DNA of 64,000 nt. Source: an uncultured Gammaproteobacteria bacterium. Lineage in GTDB: Bacteria; Patescibacteriota; Microgenomatia; CAZETR01; Amesbacteraceae. The notes beneath the pieces are model-generated. The model made no database searches. It saw only the letters and a program-made list of their open reading frames with translations, and had not been told where the DNA came from. Both the position numbers and the translations under genes were made by a program. Shown piece after piece: positions 37,106 through 47,202 of this stretch (the stretch's first letter is position 1; the number at the start of each line of letters is the position of its first letter). The stretch lies in NCBI GenBank assembly GCA_964543035.1, contig CAZIVL010000001.1, positions 122,000 to 185,999 on the forward strand. The letters run 5' to 3'.

Positions 37106-37381
37106 TTAAGTTTCCTTACTCACCGTGTCATTTAAATGGCTACATTCCTGTATATCATTTCCATGATGTTGTTTCATCATCGTATTTATTTGTTGTTTCG
37201 TATCCAATGAAAGACTGTTCATATGATCAGCAGGACTTTTCGAGTCGTGCATCTGCGTCATATGTACCGAAGCTTCTTGTGCACTCACGGACTGCGTTTT
37301 AAGACTTACAGTTAATATTGCCACTGCAAAGAGGACTATTGCCATAATGCTGCCACTTTTTATTATTTGTTTGAGATTCAT
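37106..37381 (-). CDS. Small secreted Met/His-rich protein (candidate periplasmic Cu-binding)
   Basis: Signal peptide; HMTQMHD, ADHM and MMKQHHG clusters. Confidence 0.4.
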   Translation of the reverse strand: MNLKQIIKSGSIMAIVLFAVAILTVSLKTQSVSAQEASVHMTQMHDSKSPADHMNSLSLDTKQQINTMMKQHHGNDIQECSHLNDTVSKET

Positions 37382-37468
37382 TTTTATTCTTTCTTCTTCA
37401 GTTTTAACAACTAACTTAAGTATACTTTTAGACCTATTAAGTCTTTGTGAGTAAAAGATGAACTTTTA

Positions 37469-37675
37469 TTAATGTTTATGTTTTTCATCCTTTATCATCC
37501 AAATATGTAGCAGTGGGCAAGCAAGAACTAAACCAAGTAACACAATACTTTCCAGGGACACTTTAAAGATAACACCTGCAATTAATGCTATTGCCAGTAA
37601 TGCAACCCACATTAATAGATTATTTCTGCTGCTTAAATGAACTTTTAACTGCTCCATATAATTTGCCTGGTTCAT
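37469..37675 (-). CDS. Small two-TM protein with LACPLLHIWM...HKH motif (paralog of 27949-28131)
   Basis: Same architecture and C-terminal motif as the other copy; immediately follows the second histidine kinase. Confidence 0.5.
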   Translation of the reverse strand: MNQANYMEQLKVHLSSRNNLLMWVALLAIALIAGVIFKVSLESIVLLGLVLACPLLHIWMIKDEKHKH

Positions 37676-37736
37676 AAGATTTTTCTTTATAAAACTACTT
37701 TACTAATCATGGGCTTTAGAAATGATGAAGGAGACG

Positions 37737-38744
37737 TTAAGATATATTAATCTTTGGCAAAGATACCGCTACGAAAGTGCCTTTACCCACTTTACTCGTA
37801 ATATCAATAGTACCCTGATGGGCTTTTACGACTGCTTGAACTATAGCCAGTCCTAAACCAGAACCAAAAATTTTATCAGTTCTGGAGCCTCGGTAGAAAC
37901 GCTCAAATACGTATGGAAGATCTTCCTTGTGTATTCCCAAGCCATTATCCTTAACCTGAAATACTGCTAGGTTATTTTTAGTACGAAGGTCAATAGTAAT
38001 ACTGGCGTTATTTGGAGAAAACTTCACTGCATTATCGACAATATTCAAAAACGCTCGAAACAATTTATCTTTACGACCGGAAATTATCACATCCTTATCG
38101 ATTGAACCATTAATAATCAGATTTTTATCGAATGCTAATTTAGTGGCAACTTCTTTTACTTCTGTCACCACCTCAGATATATTAATCGTGGTCGCTCCTT
38201 TTTGGGCATCCTCAGTGTTGGACCAAGCTAAATCCAGAATGTTTTTTATAGTAGTTGAGATCCTGTTGGAGTCAGACAGGGCTTCCTCAATTGCAATTTT
38301 ATAGTCTTCTTTTGATCGATCCTTTGAGAGTGTTAACTCAAGCGATGCCCGCTGAACGGATAACGGAGTTTTAAGTTCATGAGCCACATCTCCAATGAAT
38401 TGACCTTCTCGCCTAAATGCTTCATCAAGGCGACTCAGTAGTTGATTAAATGCATGTGCCATCTCACCAATTTCGTCGTCTCGATTTATCTCGGTAATCT
38501 TCTCATTAAGGTTTTTGCTGGTTATTGTTTGTATTTTTGACGACAAATAGGTTAACCCGTCAGTCAATTTTCGAATAATAAAAAGACCCTGCAATGCCAG
38601 AACAAATACCAACAAAAAGTAGACAATATCCCCATTGGGTAGTCGTAATATATGAATACCTATATAAAAAAATGCAGTAATCGTTAATAATGAAGTTGCA
38701 TACCAAAGAATAAGTCTATTTCGAAAAGTGTTAAATCGTTTCAT
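37737..38744 (-). CDS. Sensor histidine kinase (second CusS-like paralog, short sensor loop)
   Basis: HisKA AHELKTP; HATPase GSGLGLAIV. Confidence 0.8.
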   Translation of the reverse strand: MKRFNTFRNRLILWYATSLLTITAFFYIGIHILRLPNGDIVYFLLVFVLALQGLFIIRKLTDGLTYLSSKIQTITSKNLNEKITEINRDDEIGEMAHAFNQLLSRLDEAFRREGQFIGDVAHELKTPLSVQRASLELTLSKDRSKEDYKIAIEEALSDSNRISTTIKNILDLAWSNTEDAQKGATTINISEVVTEVKEVATKLAFDKNLIINGSIDKDVIISGRKDKLFRAFLNIVDNAVKFSPNNASITIDLRTKNNLAVFQVKDNGLGIHKEDLPYVFERFYRGSRTDKIFGSGLGLAIVQAVVKAHQGTIDITSKVGKGTFVAVSLPKINIS

Positions 38745-38750
38745 GTGTAG

Positions 38751-39431
38751 TTAGGCAGACTCGCTAATCTTGTAACCTACTCCATGAACAGTATGGATGA
38801 GAGAACTACTTTTTTTCTTATCAATCTTTCGCCTAAGAGCTGAAACAAATACATCTACCACATTGCTCATACTGTCGAAGTTGTAGTCCCAGACCTGTTC
38901 GGTAATCATGGTTCTGGTAATCACCTCGTCTTTATGCCGAAGAAGTAACTCCAAAACTGAAAATTCCTTTTGGGTTAAATTGATTGGTTTTCCACCCTTA
39001 GAGACCTTATGTTTCAAAGGGTCTACTTCAAGATCGGCAACCTTTAGTACGATTGAAGTGTCTGACTTGCTGCGCCTGATTAATGCGTGCACTCGAGAAT
39101 GTAACTCAATATAAGCAAACGGTTTTGCAAGGTAGTCATCAGCTCCGCTATCCAGACCAGCCACTCTATCTTCTACCGTAGTTTTTGCTGTAAGCATTAG
39201 AACTGGAGTTTTTATGCGTTTTGCTCGAAGCTCTTTACAAATAGTTAATCCATCAATTTTGGGAAGCATGATATCAAGGATAATAAGATCGTAGTTCTCC
39301 GACTCTGCAAGGTATTGTCCCTCCTCCCCGTCATAAGCAGCATCTACTGCAAACCCATCCTCAGCAAACCCCTTTTTAATTACATTGGAAATTCGTCGAT
39401 CATCCTCAATGGCCAGTATTCTCATGACCAC
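38751..39431 (-). CDS. OmpR-family response regulator (second paralog)
   Basis: Collinear with 29556-30233 (same LDIMLPK.DG and LMLTAK motifs). Confidence 0.85.
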   Translation of the reverse strand: MVMRILAIEDDRRISNVIKKGFAEDGFAVDAAYDGEEGQYLAESENYDLIILDIMLPKIDGLTICKELRAKRIKTPVLMLTAKTTVEDRVAGLDSGADDYLAKPFAYIELHSRVHALIRRSKSDTSIVLKVADLEVDPLKHKVSKGGKPINLTQKEFSVLELLLRHKDEVITRTMITEQVWDYNFDSMSNVVDVFVSALRRKIDKKKSSSLIHTVHGVGYKISESA

Positions 39432-39566
39432 ATGGTATACCTTGAGAGATGAAGATATTATTAAGAAATCGTTTGGGGTTGATTAAGAGGATACCATCGA
39501 AACACAAAACCAATTAAGATAATTCCAAGAATTCAGACGAGAAAAACTCTTAATTTTCTTTATAAA

Positions 39567-41783
39567 TTATCTTTCTGAACCTTTAAAATCAGATAGCGTG
39601 GTAACCCTCTTGAGAGTTCTGGTATAAATCACAACTTTGGCGTCCTTCATGAGTTTTGTAGATAATTGTTCTGAAAGCTGGGTGTGTTTTTCTTGCGTTA
39701 GACGTTCTCGAATAAACTCTTTAGCATCTTCAAACGCAAGTTGTTTTGGCTCAGAACGGCCAAGCACTTCGACGATATAAATATACCCATTGGCTTCAAA
39801 TGGTGGCCCAATTTGTCCTTTGGGAATAACCTGCACTTGTTCGTGATATTGATGTTTTACGATTTCACCGACCACATTCATTTCTTCTTCAACCCACTCA
39901 GATACTTCACCACCTTTATCCTTTGTTTGCTCATCTTCAGAATACTGCTTAGCTACACTGGCAAAATCTTCACCTTTCTTAAGAGGTCCCGGCACAAGTT
40001 TTTTATACGCCTCATTTGCCTTTTCGAATGCTTTTTTGTGCTCGTCGTCTGTTTGGCTGTCAGAACTCCCAGCCCGAATAACAATTTGGCGAACTTTAGA
40101 TTTGGCCGGCATAACCAGCTCGGCTTTATTCCGATTGTAATAATCTTGCAAGTCCTTATCTTCGATTTTAATCTTTTCATCAACTTCTTCCTGTTCCAGC
40201 ATTTGGGCCAAGACTTTCAGTCGCATTTCATCTTTCCGCTCTTTCGTCTCGGTTTGCGACACCTGACTTAAACTGTCTTCATAGAGAAGCAGGCGCTCAA
40301 TGATTTTTTCAACCAGCGCCTGCTTACCCTCGGTGCCAGAATACGAAGTCAAGAAAGAAAGTGGCAGTTCCTGATATTCCTCCCAGAATTCACCTAGGGT
40401 AAACCTTTTACCGTTGACGGTAAAAAGCGTCCTGTCGGCATTGTCGGTATAGTATTTTTTTTCTGTTTCCGCCAACACTGCCGTTTGGACACTGGATTTG
40501 ACTTCTTCAAAACTCTGCTGCCTATCCGGTTGCTTGGAGATTAGCTTAACAATAGAGAAAGCATCTTTGTCAGTTATGACATCGCTTATCTGTTCTGGAT
40601 CTAACCGAAAAATGGCTTCTTCATAAGCAACATCCTGCTCTCCCTTGGTTTTGGTTTCCCCGGTCTGGGGAAGCGTTGAACTGCTTATTTCCTCATAGAC
40701 CTGACCAAAATCACTTCCCGAGCGGATTTTAGAAAGAGCTTGCTCGGCTTTTTCTTTAGCCTTTTTTTCGTCTGTGCCTTTTGGAATCCGGATCTCATGA
40801 ACCACTACCTGAGCTTTGACGAAATATTTATCCTTGTTGGCGTCATAGTAATTTCGTAGTTCCCAATCGGCTGGCACAGGAACAGCAAGTGTAGCTACGT
40901 CTTTGGTAATTGAAGCTCTGTTTTTGAGTCCAGTAATATAATTTTGAACAAACTGGTCTTCCTTCTCACTCTGAAGTTTAGTTTTTATTTCTTCACGGAC
41001 ATCAGTCAGGGTTTTATCGCCAAAATCTTTCTTGTTAGCCTCATAGTATGCACCTATATCGCCTTCGGTCACCCCAAGTTGGCCTTTGTGCATTTGGGCA
41101 TGTAATTCATCAAGATTTATTTCCTCTGTAATATGCTTCATCACGTGGGAAAATTCCTTGTCCTGGTCGGGTTTCCGGTTGGCTTGCCAGCGTTTGACGA
41201 TCTCATCGGTAATCATCTCCTGAACAATGAGTCCGTATCCTTGTGGACTCTTTAATTGTTTTCGATATTCCTCATCCTCAACAAGAGAAGCTAAGTGTTT
41301 CTCAACATCTTCGATGGTTATTCTGCCGCCGTCATAGGCAGCCACGACATTCGGTGCTGGTGGCCAGGGGGCAAAAATGTCCTCTCGGAATCTGAACACA
41401 AGAAATGCTGCGACTACTATTACACCCAAAATAATCTTCTTTTTTCGTGACAAATGAATGGTTGGTAGAGGAAAGCGGGACGGTTTGCTCTTCTCTGGCT
41501 GGTCTTCGCCCTCCATGGCATCAGGTGGCTGTACAGGATGAATTTCTTCTCGGAGAGTAACTGCTTCCGGCGGTTCAGTGACTTCTTTTTCTACAACCTT
41601 TTTCCTCGTTGGTGAAGGCTCCGGCTTTTTGGGAGCGGGTTTTTGTTTTTGGCTACCACCAGAAAAACCCAAAGATTGGCGTATATCGGTAAATATCTGG
41701 CCCCAGCCTTCGCTGGATTTGCCTTTATCGACCGTTTTCTGTTTGTGGTGGGAAGACATTGACTTTTGTTTCATTTCCTTCAA
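39567..41783 (-). CDS. PpiD/SurA-like membrane-anchored periplasmic chaperone with two parvulin-type PPIase domains and a K/P-rich disordered N-terminus
   Basis: One TM helix after a roughly 110-aa low-complexity region; two parvulin-like segments (KAQVVVHEIRI...; VRQIVIRAG...GGEVSEWV...NGYIYIVEV). Confidence 0.6.
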   Translation of the reverse strand: MKEMKQKSMSSHHKQKTVDKGKSSEGWGQIFTDIRQSLGFSGGSQKQKPAPKKPEPSPTRKKVVEKEVTEPPEAVTLREEIHPVQPPDAMEGEDQPEKSKPSRFPLPTIHLSRKKKIILGVIVVAAFLVFRFREDIFAPWPPAPNVVAAYDGGRITIEDVEKHLASLVEDEEYRKQLKSPQGYGLIVQEMITDEIVKRWQANRKPDQDKEFSHVMKHITEEINLDELHAQMHKGQLGVTEGDIGAYYEANKKDFGDKTLTDVREEIKTKLQSEKEDQFVQNYITGLKNRASITKDVATLAVPVPADWELRNYYDANKDKYFVKAQVVVHEIRIPKGTDEKKAKEKAEQALSKIRSGSDFGQVYEEISSSTLPQTGETKTKGEQDVAYEEAIFRLDPEQISDVITDKDAFSIVKLISKQPDRQQSFEEVKSSVQTAVLAETEKKYYTDNADRTLFTVNGKRFTLGEFWEEYQELPLSFLTSYSGTEGKQALVEKIIERLLLYEDSLSQVSQTETKERKDEMRLKVLAQMLEQEEVDEKIKIEDKDLQDYYNRNKAELVMPAKSKVRQIVIRAGSSDSQTDDEHKKAFEKANEAYKKLVPGPLKKGEDFASVAKQYSEDEQTKDKGGEVSEWVEEEMNVVGEIVKHQYHEQVQVIPKGQIGPPFEANGYIYIVEVLGRSEPKQLAFEDAKEFIRERLTQEKHTQLSEQLSTKLMKDAKVVIYTRTLKRVTTLSDFKGSER

Positions 41784-42858
41784 GTAACTTTAGATTAACC
41801 CGTTCTCCTGGTTTGACGATATAAGCAATGACTCTGGGAAATATCTTTTCCATGCGCTCCAAATACAATCGGAAGCGAGTTACTTGTTCTCCATAAATAC
41901 TACTGTTTGTTTTATATTCCGCTAAAATGCCAGTAAAAGCTACCGCCGACCCGCTGGCTTCGTTAATCTGCGCCTGAGCCGAGCTGCTAGCCTCAGTAAT
42001 CAGTTTTTGTGCTTGTCCACGCGCTTCGGGAATGATGCTATTTTTGTACCCTTCTGCTTCATTCATTGTTTTACTCTTGTCTTCTCTGGCACTTGAGACA
42101 TCACGAAAGGCATCAGCCACTTCATCTGGTGGATAGGCTTTTTGAAAGTTGACACTAACAACGGCCAGCCCGCTGTTATATGAGTCCAACAATGTTTGTG
42201 TTTCTTTCTGTAGGCGATTTAGGACGCTCTGGCGCTCTGAAGTAAGAATATTATCAACTGCTGTTTCGGCACTGATTTTGGTTACCGCAGCCCGTACCGC
42301 GTCGCGGACTGTCTGATAGGCAGCATAATCGATGTTGAATAAGTAATCAGCGGGGTCTCGTACTTGGTATTGGACGATGACTTCGTAGTCAATAATATTG
42401 GTATCTCCACTTAGAACTTGGAGTTTCCCTGGTTGTTCCACATGTTTCGGGTGTTCTGGTTCGGGACTCGAAAGACCGACACTCTCCCGCCTCACTTCAG
42501 AAACATTAACAATTGTTTCGCGATCAACGGGCCAAGGTAGGCGATAATGAAGTCCTTCTGATACTTTTGGGCTCACGACTTTCCCAAAACGAGTAACTAC
42601 TGCCGCTTCTCCTGATTTGACGATGTAAATACCCGATAGAAAATAAATGACTATTACGATTTTGACAATATTTCCTGAAACATAACGGGCATTGACGTGT
42701 TTAAAAGCAAGGCGAATATCCGTCATAGAAGATGATCCGTCAGCCGAACGGATTTTTTTCGTAGCAATTTGAACTAATCGTATAAATAAGCCAACGACTA
42801 CAAGTACACGTTTAGTAACCTGCGCCAATAATTTTTTTATGTTGTTTGTTTGTTCCAT
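41725..42858 (-). CDS. HflK-like SPFH/band-7 protein
   Basis: N-terminal TM helix, GEAAVVTRFGKV and a long C-terminal coiled coil. Confidence 0.75.
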   Translation of the reverse strand: MEQTNNIKKLLAQVTKRVLVVVGLFIRLVQIATKKIRSADGSSSMTDIRLAFKHVNARYVSGNIVKIVIVIYFLSGIYIVKSGEAAVVTRFGKVVSPKVSEGLHYRLPWPVDRETIVNVSEVRRESVGLSSPEPEHPKHVEQPGKLQVLSGDTNIIDYEVIVQYQVRDPADYLFNIDYAAYQTVRDAVRAAVTKISAETAVDNILTSERQSVLNRLQKETQTLLDSYNSGLAVVSVNFQKAYPPDEVADAFRDVSSAREDKSKTMNEAEGYKNSIIPEARGQAQKLITEASSSAQAQINEASGSAVAFTGILAEYKTNSSIYGEQVTRFRLYLERMEKIFPRVIAYIVKPGERVNLKLLEGNETKVNVFPPQTENGR

Positions 42859-42926
42859 ATAAAGATACCGACACTTATTTTGCTTATCTTTACTCCTATG
42901 TTCAGTGCTTTAACTAAATCCGCTGT

Positions 42927-43856
42927 TTATGGATTGAGATACTTCAGCAATTCTGAATCAGAGGGAAGAATAAGCGTTGTGCCATTATTTATGACCTTGT
43001 CGTACGACTCAAGCGTACGCAAAAACTGGTAGAATGCTGGGTCACGACCAAAGGACTGAGCATAAATGCGGATTGCCTGTGCTTCTCCCTCTCCTTTAAT
43101 TCGGTTTGATTCTTCCTGAGCTTTAGATAAAAGGGTGGTTTTTTCAGCATCCGCCTCAGCTCGAATCTTGGTCGCTTCCTCAGTTCCTTCGGACCTGAGT
43201 TGTCTGGCGATTTGCTGGCGTTCGGCTCGCATCCGCTGGAATACACTTTGCCTGTTTGCTTCAGGAAAGTTAAGCTGCTTGAGTCTGACATCGGCCACCT
43301 TAAAACCGTAAGCTCTGGTGCGTTCATCAGTCTGTTTGGTAAGTCCGGAGAGCATCTCGTCAAGTTTCATCTGACTTTGATCAGTGGTGACTAAGTTGGT
43401 CAGTTCATACTGTGATAGTGCCACACCAAGCTCAGAAGTAAGAATATCTGAGAGTCGAGACGATGCTCCTTGGGCGTCTCTGACACTTTTGAAAAATTGC
43501 ACCGGATCGTCTATCTGCCAAGTAGCATACGCTTCAACTAAGACATTTTTCTTGTCTTTGGTCAGAAATTCTGTTTGAGCGACATTCTGAACTTGTACTC
43601 GTTTATCCAGACGAATCAGATTTTGTAATGGATCGGGAAGTTTGGCATACAACCCAGGTTCTTTGATCGCTCGAATTGGACTGCCAAACTGAGAAACAAT
43701 AGCGTATTGGGTGCTGTCGACTTGAAATGCAACCAGTGTGGATATGATAAGCAAAAGTCCAACTATAATGCCTACCATAAATTTAGGCTGGCGCAGTGTG
43801 GACCAGTTAACTCTGCTTTTTGCTTGATCTATAAATTGAGATTGCCGTGTTTTCAT
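42927..43856 (-). CDS. HflC-like SPFH/band-7 protein
   Basis: N-terminal TM helix, QYAIVSQFGSP and a C-terminal coiled coil. Confidence 0.75.
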   Translation of the reverse strand: MKTRQSQFIDQAKSRVNWSTLRQPKFMVGIIVGLLLIISTLVAFQVDSTQYAIVSQFGSPIRAIKEPGLYAKLPDPLQNLIRLDKRVQVQNVAQTEFLTKDKKNVLVEAYATWQIDDPVQFFKSVRDAQGASSRLSDILTSELGVALSQYELTNLVTTDQSQMKLDEMLSGLTKQTDERTRAYGFKVADVRLKQLNFPEANRQSVFQRMRAERQQIARQLRSEGTEEATKIRAEADAEKTTLLSKAQEESNRIKGEGEAQAIRIYAQSFGRDPAFYQFLRTLESYDKVINNGTTLILPSDSELLKYLNP

Positions 43857-43870
43857 AAATTCGCCTCCTT

Positions 43871-45397
43871 TTAGGGTTGAGCAGTTTTTCCATTAGTAAT
43901 CCACAAATCAGTGGAGTTTGTTTCCACTCGTGGGTCGAGAATGTATTTTCTAATGTTTGGTAATACTTTCTCCAATGATTCTAGATACAGTCGTGTCCGG
44001 GTAACTTGCGGGGCAGTTTGGTAAGCTGCAAGTTTTTTACTGAACCGCTCGGCTTCGCCGGTTGCCAAAGCAATCTTACTTGTTTTCTCTGCAGTTGCTG
44101 TGGTTACTTGTTTGCTCGCTTCCCCTCGAGCCACTGCTACAGTTTCATTTTTATATGCCAAAGCTTCATTCATATACGTATTTTTGTCTTCTCGAGCGCT
44201 TGATACATCCAAAAATGCGTCAGCTACTTCGCTGGGTGGAGTGACGGAAAGCAGCTGGATATTGGCGACTTTTATGCCAGTGTTATGTTCCTCAAGTAAG
44301 CTTTGCGTTTTCATTGAAGTCTCAGCAAGAATTGCACTTCTACTTGCGGTCAGAAGATCGTCAACTCCTTTTTGCGCCACAACTGCTCTAAAAGCAGTTT
44401 CTGTTTCTTTGGCAAGCAAGTTTTCTGGACTTTGAGTACTGAAAAGATAATCCGCAGGATTGGTGATCGTATATTGGACGGTCAATTTTGTATTAATGAG
44501 ATTGGTATCTCCGGTGAGCACTAATGTGGCTTCGGTTTCTACTTGACGAACTTGGTCTGTATTCACTCTTGATATGGAGTCAATAAGGGGTACACGTATA
44601 TGAAGTCCAGAACCAAAGGTGCCAGCTACTTTTCCAAATCGCTGTATCACCGCTTGCTCACCGGCTTGTACGGTATAAACGCCTGATAGCAAAATGAATA
44701 CTGCTGCGATCCCACCTAGATAACCCAGTATTCGTTTATTGTGAAAAAGGGCCAGATGATGATGTCCTTCAAGGTGCAAGGGCAGCGATTGATTTGTTTT
44801 GAGGGCATGAATCGCCGATTCAGCAATTTCCCAACCAGAGGTGACGATGAGCATGATCACGAAAATCGCTGCTAGCTTATCAATGGCTGGAAATCCCACG
44901 GCCGCCGCAATTAATCCGACGACGACAAGGACTGAAGCGTAGAGATCCATACGTGAGTGGTAGCCACTGGCAATAAGACTGAGAGAATTAGTAGCACGAC
45001 CGACAAATTCTTTATACCGGGCGGTAAAGTAGGTTATAACAATAGTCAGAAATGCACCAATGGTAACTGGCCAGATATTTCGAAGATCTGGTGCTTCGGC
45101 AGCACCTGTCACTTCTCTAAAAATCTCAAGAGCTGAGAAAAACATCAGCCCTGAAACGATTAATGCCACGACATTTTCAATCGTTCCGGCTTGTAGTCGC
45201 CGTTTGGCTTCCCAAGCTGCTGATAAAAGCCCTATAAGTACAAAGACCGAAACAAACACATCACCGACTGAGTGCCAGGCACTGGCTTTGAGGGACAAAC
45301 TGCCCGATGAGGAAGAAAGAAAAAATTTAAGAAGAACAAGTACGATATTAGCGACAATGGTAACAACAATAGTTTTTTCTTTTCTATTCATAGCCAA
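43871..45397 (-). CDS. Fusion of a cation-diffusion-facilitator (CDF) transmembrane domain with an HflK-like SPFH domain
   Basis: CDF TM2 and TM5 HxxxD motifs (AWHSVGDV, GYHSRMDL), His-rich linker HLEGHHH, an extra TM helix, then GEQAVIQRFGKV and an SPFH core with coiled coil. Confidence 0.7.
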   Translation of the reverse strand: MAMNRKEKTIVVTIVANIVLVLLKFFLSSSSGSLSLKASAWHSVGDVFVSVFVLIGLLSAAWEAKRRLQAGTIENVVALIVSGLMFFSALEIFREVTGAAEAPDLRNIWPVTIGAFLTIVITYFTARYKEFVGRATNSLSLIASGYHSRMDLYASVLVVVGLIAAAVGFPAIDKLAAIFVIMLIVTSGWEIAESAIHALKTNQSLPLHLEGHHHLALFHNKRILGYLGGIAAVFILLSGVYTVQAGEQAVIQRFGKVAGTFGSGLHIRVPLIDSISRVNTDQVRQVETEATLVLTGDTNLINTKLTVQYTITNPADYLFSTQSPENLLAKETETAFRAVVAQKGVDDLLTASRSAILAETSMKTQSLLEEHNTGIKVANIQLLSVTPPSEVADAFLDVSSAREDKNTYMNEALAYKNETVAVARGEASKQVTTATAEKTSKIALATGEAERFSKKLAAYQTAPQVTRTRLYLESLEKVLPNIRKYILDPRVETNSTDLWITNGKTAQP

Positions 45398-45477
45398 TTA
45401 GTTTAGTTCTTTGGGCAATATTAACAATAATGATATTACTACAAATTGTAGTAAATTGTTGAGATAAATGCAACAGT

Positions 45478-46263
45478 TTATCTTATTAACTTATCTTCAA
45501 AGTCATGAAGTAAAAAAAGGCTGACATCATCTCGAGAAAATTCGCCCTCCTGAAATGGTTGTTCGATTTTTGTTATCAATCTAACAATGTATAAAAACAT
45601 GTATGAGATAAATCCGAACAGTACGAATGATTCCGGAGATCCTTCAGATTTAATAAACAACAAAAGGAATATTATTAAACATACAATTGACTGCCCAAGA
45701 ATAAATGCTGATGGTATAAATTGTGTTCGTTGAATGTGTAAAACACGTAGCACCGATCGTCTGATATTTCCCTGCTCAGTCTTTAATCTGACAAGATAGT
45801 TTGGAGGCATACCAAGCTGTTCCATTTCATAAAAATGTTGAGATAATTCGTCAATGGATTGTAAACACGGCTTCAAATTTATATGGTTTTGCTCATGGCT
45901 AATACCAAGGAAAAAGTTACTGATCACTTTTTTGAGAGTTTCTTTTAACCGCAAAATCTTAAACGTAGTTTTACCTTTTTTAAACAACTGCCCTTCTTCA
46001 AAAATATTTTCCAAAGATGCTCGAAGCTCTGAAGGTATCTTTTCTGCTTCTTTGTAATCAGTGATTAATCCTGACAAAAGAAAACCACATATAAACGTAG
46101 CTCCAGCTATAGCGCTTCCTGTAAGGGTATTAATTTCCAAAAACTCCCATTTAAAAAAATGTACTAAATACTTTATCAGTATCAACAGGATTACCCAGCC
46201 GATAGTTGTAATAGCAATATTAAAATGCTTGATACGATGGTGATTTAAAATAGTTTTAATCAT
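45478..46263 (-). CDS. Hypothetical membrane protein, possibly bestrophin/UPF0187 family
   Basis: N-terminal TM pairs and a C-terminal E.PF..G..S.DD(V/L) pattern reminiscent of bestrophin homologs; weak. Confidence 0.35.
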   Translation of the reverse strand: MIKTILNHHRIKHFNIAITTIGWVILLILIKYLVHFFKWEFLEINTLTGSAIAGATFICGFLLSGLITDYKEAEKIPSELRASLENIFEEGQLFKKGKTTFKILRLKETLKKVISNFFLGISHEQNHINLKPCLQSIDELSQHFYEMEQLGMPPNYLVRLKTEQGNIRRSVLRVLHIQRTQFIPSAFILGQSIVCLIIFLLLFIKSEGSPESFVLFGFISYMFLYIVRLITKIEQPFQEGEFSRDDVSLFLLHDFEDKLIR

Positions 46264-46267
46264 AGTC

Positions 46268-47200
46268 TTACCAAAATTTAAAGCCTTTAAGGATTCTCTC
46301 GTAGACCCGATATGGTTTAGGGCCGACTAGACCCTTACCGTTGATAAAAACCAGAGGGGTGCCATAAATATTTGTTTTTTCAAGTTGTATCCGTCTTTCA
46401 ATAACCGCGCTTTGCGTCTCAGAAGATTGACTGCAGGTATTTATAGCTGCAACATCATACCCAACGTCTTCGAGAATCTCATCGACAAATTCCTTCTTAG
46501 CTATGTCTTCCTTGCTATTTTCGAACAATTTATCATTGAATTGCCAGTATCTTTCCTTATCCTGCTGATAGGCACAATAACCGATTGGCAAGAGATACAA
46601 TGTTTCTTCCTTTACTGGGTAGTGGGCAAAAGTGTAGTTAACTTGGTTTTCGGAAATAAACTGCTTTATCAATGGATACGCTTTTCTAGTGTAATCGCAA
46701 CTGTAGCAACCAATGAGTACTACAGAGTCTTTTGAACCTTTATCAATATTTGGAAAAAGACTCAAATCAACACCTTTAAGGGTAACTTTGCTTTCATCTC
46801 CTACTCCATCCGAACAACTACCGCCAGTTTGAGAAACTTTATTATTTTCACCTTTAGGGTCAAGGGCGCAAAATCCTGATTTATTTAGGCCATTACAACT
46901 TCCATACATGTAGTAGTTGTATAAACCTTTCCCTGTCCAGAAAATGCTGGCCACTGTGGTTAGGAATAATATCCAAGACAGAAGTTCAAAGTGTCTGTTG
47001 ACGACTCTGGCTGCCACCTGAGAACGGGAAAGGAGCGTTCCCACCATCCGAGCTTTCATCTTTTCTTTAAACCCCGTAGTACACGGACGTAGTGTTATTC
47101 GGCGAAAAACACAATCAAATGCCTCCTTGGCCAACTGCCTGTGTGAGGCACTAAATATGCTGATAATTGATAAGGCGATAAACGCTAAAATGCAAAACAT
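46268..47200 (-). CDS. Membrane-anchored DsbA-like thioredoxin-fold protein (CxxC = CYSC)
   Basis: Two N-terminal TM helices, Cys-rich juxtamembrane segment, thioredoxin domain with CYSC. Confidence 0.6.
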   Translation of the reverse strand: MFCILAFIALSIISIFSASHRQLAKEAFDCVFRRITLRPCTTGFKEKMKARMVGTLLSRSQVAARVVNRHFELLSWILFLTTVASIFWTGKGLYNYYMYGSCNGLNKSGFCALDPKGENNKVSQTGGSCSDGVGDESKVTLKGVDLSLFPNIDKGSKDSVVLIGCYSCDYTRKAYPLIKQFISENQVNYTFAHYPVKEETLYLLPIGYCAYQQDKERYWQFNDKLFENSKEDIAKKEFVDEILEDVGYDVAAINTCSQSSETQSAVIERRIQLEKTNIYGTPLVFINGKGLVGPKPYRVYERILKGFKFW

Positions 47201-47202
47201 AA

